From Octopus sinensis (lineage: Eukaryota): a stretch of 64,000 nucleotides of DNA. A model generated the notes under the pieces. The model did not search any database. It was given only the letters and a program-made list of their open reading frames with translations, and was not told where the DNA came from. Made by a program: the position numbers and the translations under genes. The first letter of the stretch is position 1. Each line of letters starts with the position of its first letter. The DNA lies in assembly GCF_006345805.1 (NCBI RefSeq), contig NC_043002.1, forward strand, positions 84,320,001-84,384,000. The letters run 5' to 3'. Positions 63,075 to 64,000 of this stretch are shown one piece after another.

Positions 63075-64000
63075 GTCGTCAAAGCCATAAATACATGGGT
63101 TATGCCAGTACTGAGATACTTTGCTCCCTTTTTGAAATGGACAAAGATCAAGCTACAGAACTTGGATAGGAGAAATTGAAAGCTGCTCATAATGCATGAT
63201 GCACACCACTCTAGAGAAATACCGACAGACTCCACCTACCAAGAAAGAAAGGTGCTGATGGATTACTAAATGCTAAAAACACTGTTCATACTGTGATACT
63301 GGGTCTGAAAAATTATGTTGTGTAGAGTAAAGTAAGTATACTATCTGCAGCCAAAGATACCTGCCTCACTCCCCACTAGTATGATATTTAAAATAATAAC
63401 ATGGTTTGTTAGTTTTTTTCTACAGTAGCTGATGGGCATTTTGAAATTACGTATTGCTTTTGTTTTTATCAAGACATAAATTGATGTTAGGGCAGACAGA
63501 GACAAAAAACCTCATCATATGCAGTTATCTCAAAATGGAAGATTATTTCTCTAAATAATAATGGTTTCAAATTTTGGTTCAAGAACAGTAGTTTTTTGGA
63601 AGGAGGTATAAGTTGATTACATCCACCCCAGACTGGTATTTATTTTATCAACCCAAAAGTTACTGGAGCAGAGGGAGAAATCAAAGAGAAAAGGAAGAAC
63701 AATAGAACAAACAAATGGAAAGAAAGGTAATTACATGGTCAATTCATGGAACTAACCAAGAAAGTTGAAAGTAAAGAATGCTGACAGGAACTTGAAATGA
63801 GTGACAGAATTGCTAATTAAAGCCATTCTGGAACAAACCCTTAGAACAAATCTGATAAAGGCAAAACTCAACAAAACTCACTCAAACAGCAAATGTAGAA
63901 TCTACAGTAAAGGAGCTGAAATTATCAATTATATTTTGAGTGAGTGCAGTATAGTAGCACAAAAGGAGTATAAGTGCAGGCATGACTATGACAACAAAAG
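63075..64000 (+). pseudogene. R4/Dong-type (RLE) non-LTR retrotransposon relic, interrupted at 63361-63660
   Basis: VKAINTWVMPVLRY..KWT..LDR..DRLHLPRKKGADGL (thumb), then LK*VTELLIKAILEQTLRTN..SKCRI..EIINYILSECS..QKEYKCRHD (decayed CCHC knuckle plus RHD). Confidence 0.88.

Overview
AT-rich, microsatellite-rich eukaryotic non-coding DNA (intronic or intergenic) that is saturated with repeats. From memory, the dominant tRNA-derived SINE families and (GAT)n-tailed RTE-type LINEs match those of Octopus; this taxon call is an inference. I find no intact host gene, rRNA, true tRNA or CRISPR array, and the listed ORFs are simple-repeat translations or decayed transposon fragments. Contents: more than 25 copies or fragments of SINE family A and about 10 of family B, plus families C and D. 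There are five RTE-type LINE ORF 3' fragments and many 3'UTR-only pieces, several CR1 3' ends, and relics of R4/Dong, Penelope-type RT, Gypsy integrase, mariner and Tc1. There are also three MITE families and a non-autonomous Helitron. Most notable: (1) the RTE 3'UTR carries an expanding array of ~62-bp double-hairpin units with conserved stems and variable loops (2 to 13 units per copy); (2) at least nine fold-back palindromes occur, including a TSD-flanked, near loop-less RTE 3'-end palindrome and several Penelope-like palindrome+tail cassettes in (TA)n; (3) two near-identical tandem duplications bounded by (TA)n may be assembly artefacts. Family labels A-D are mine and coordinates of old copies are approximate.
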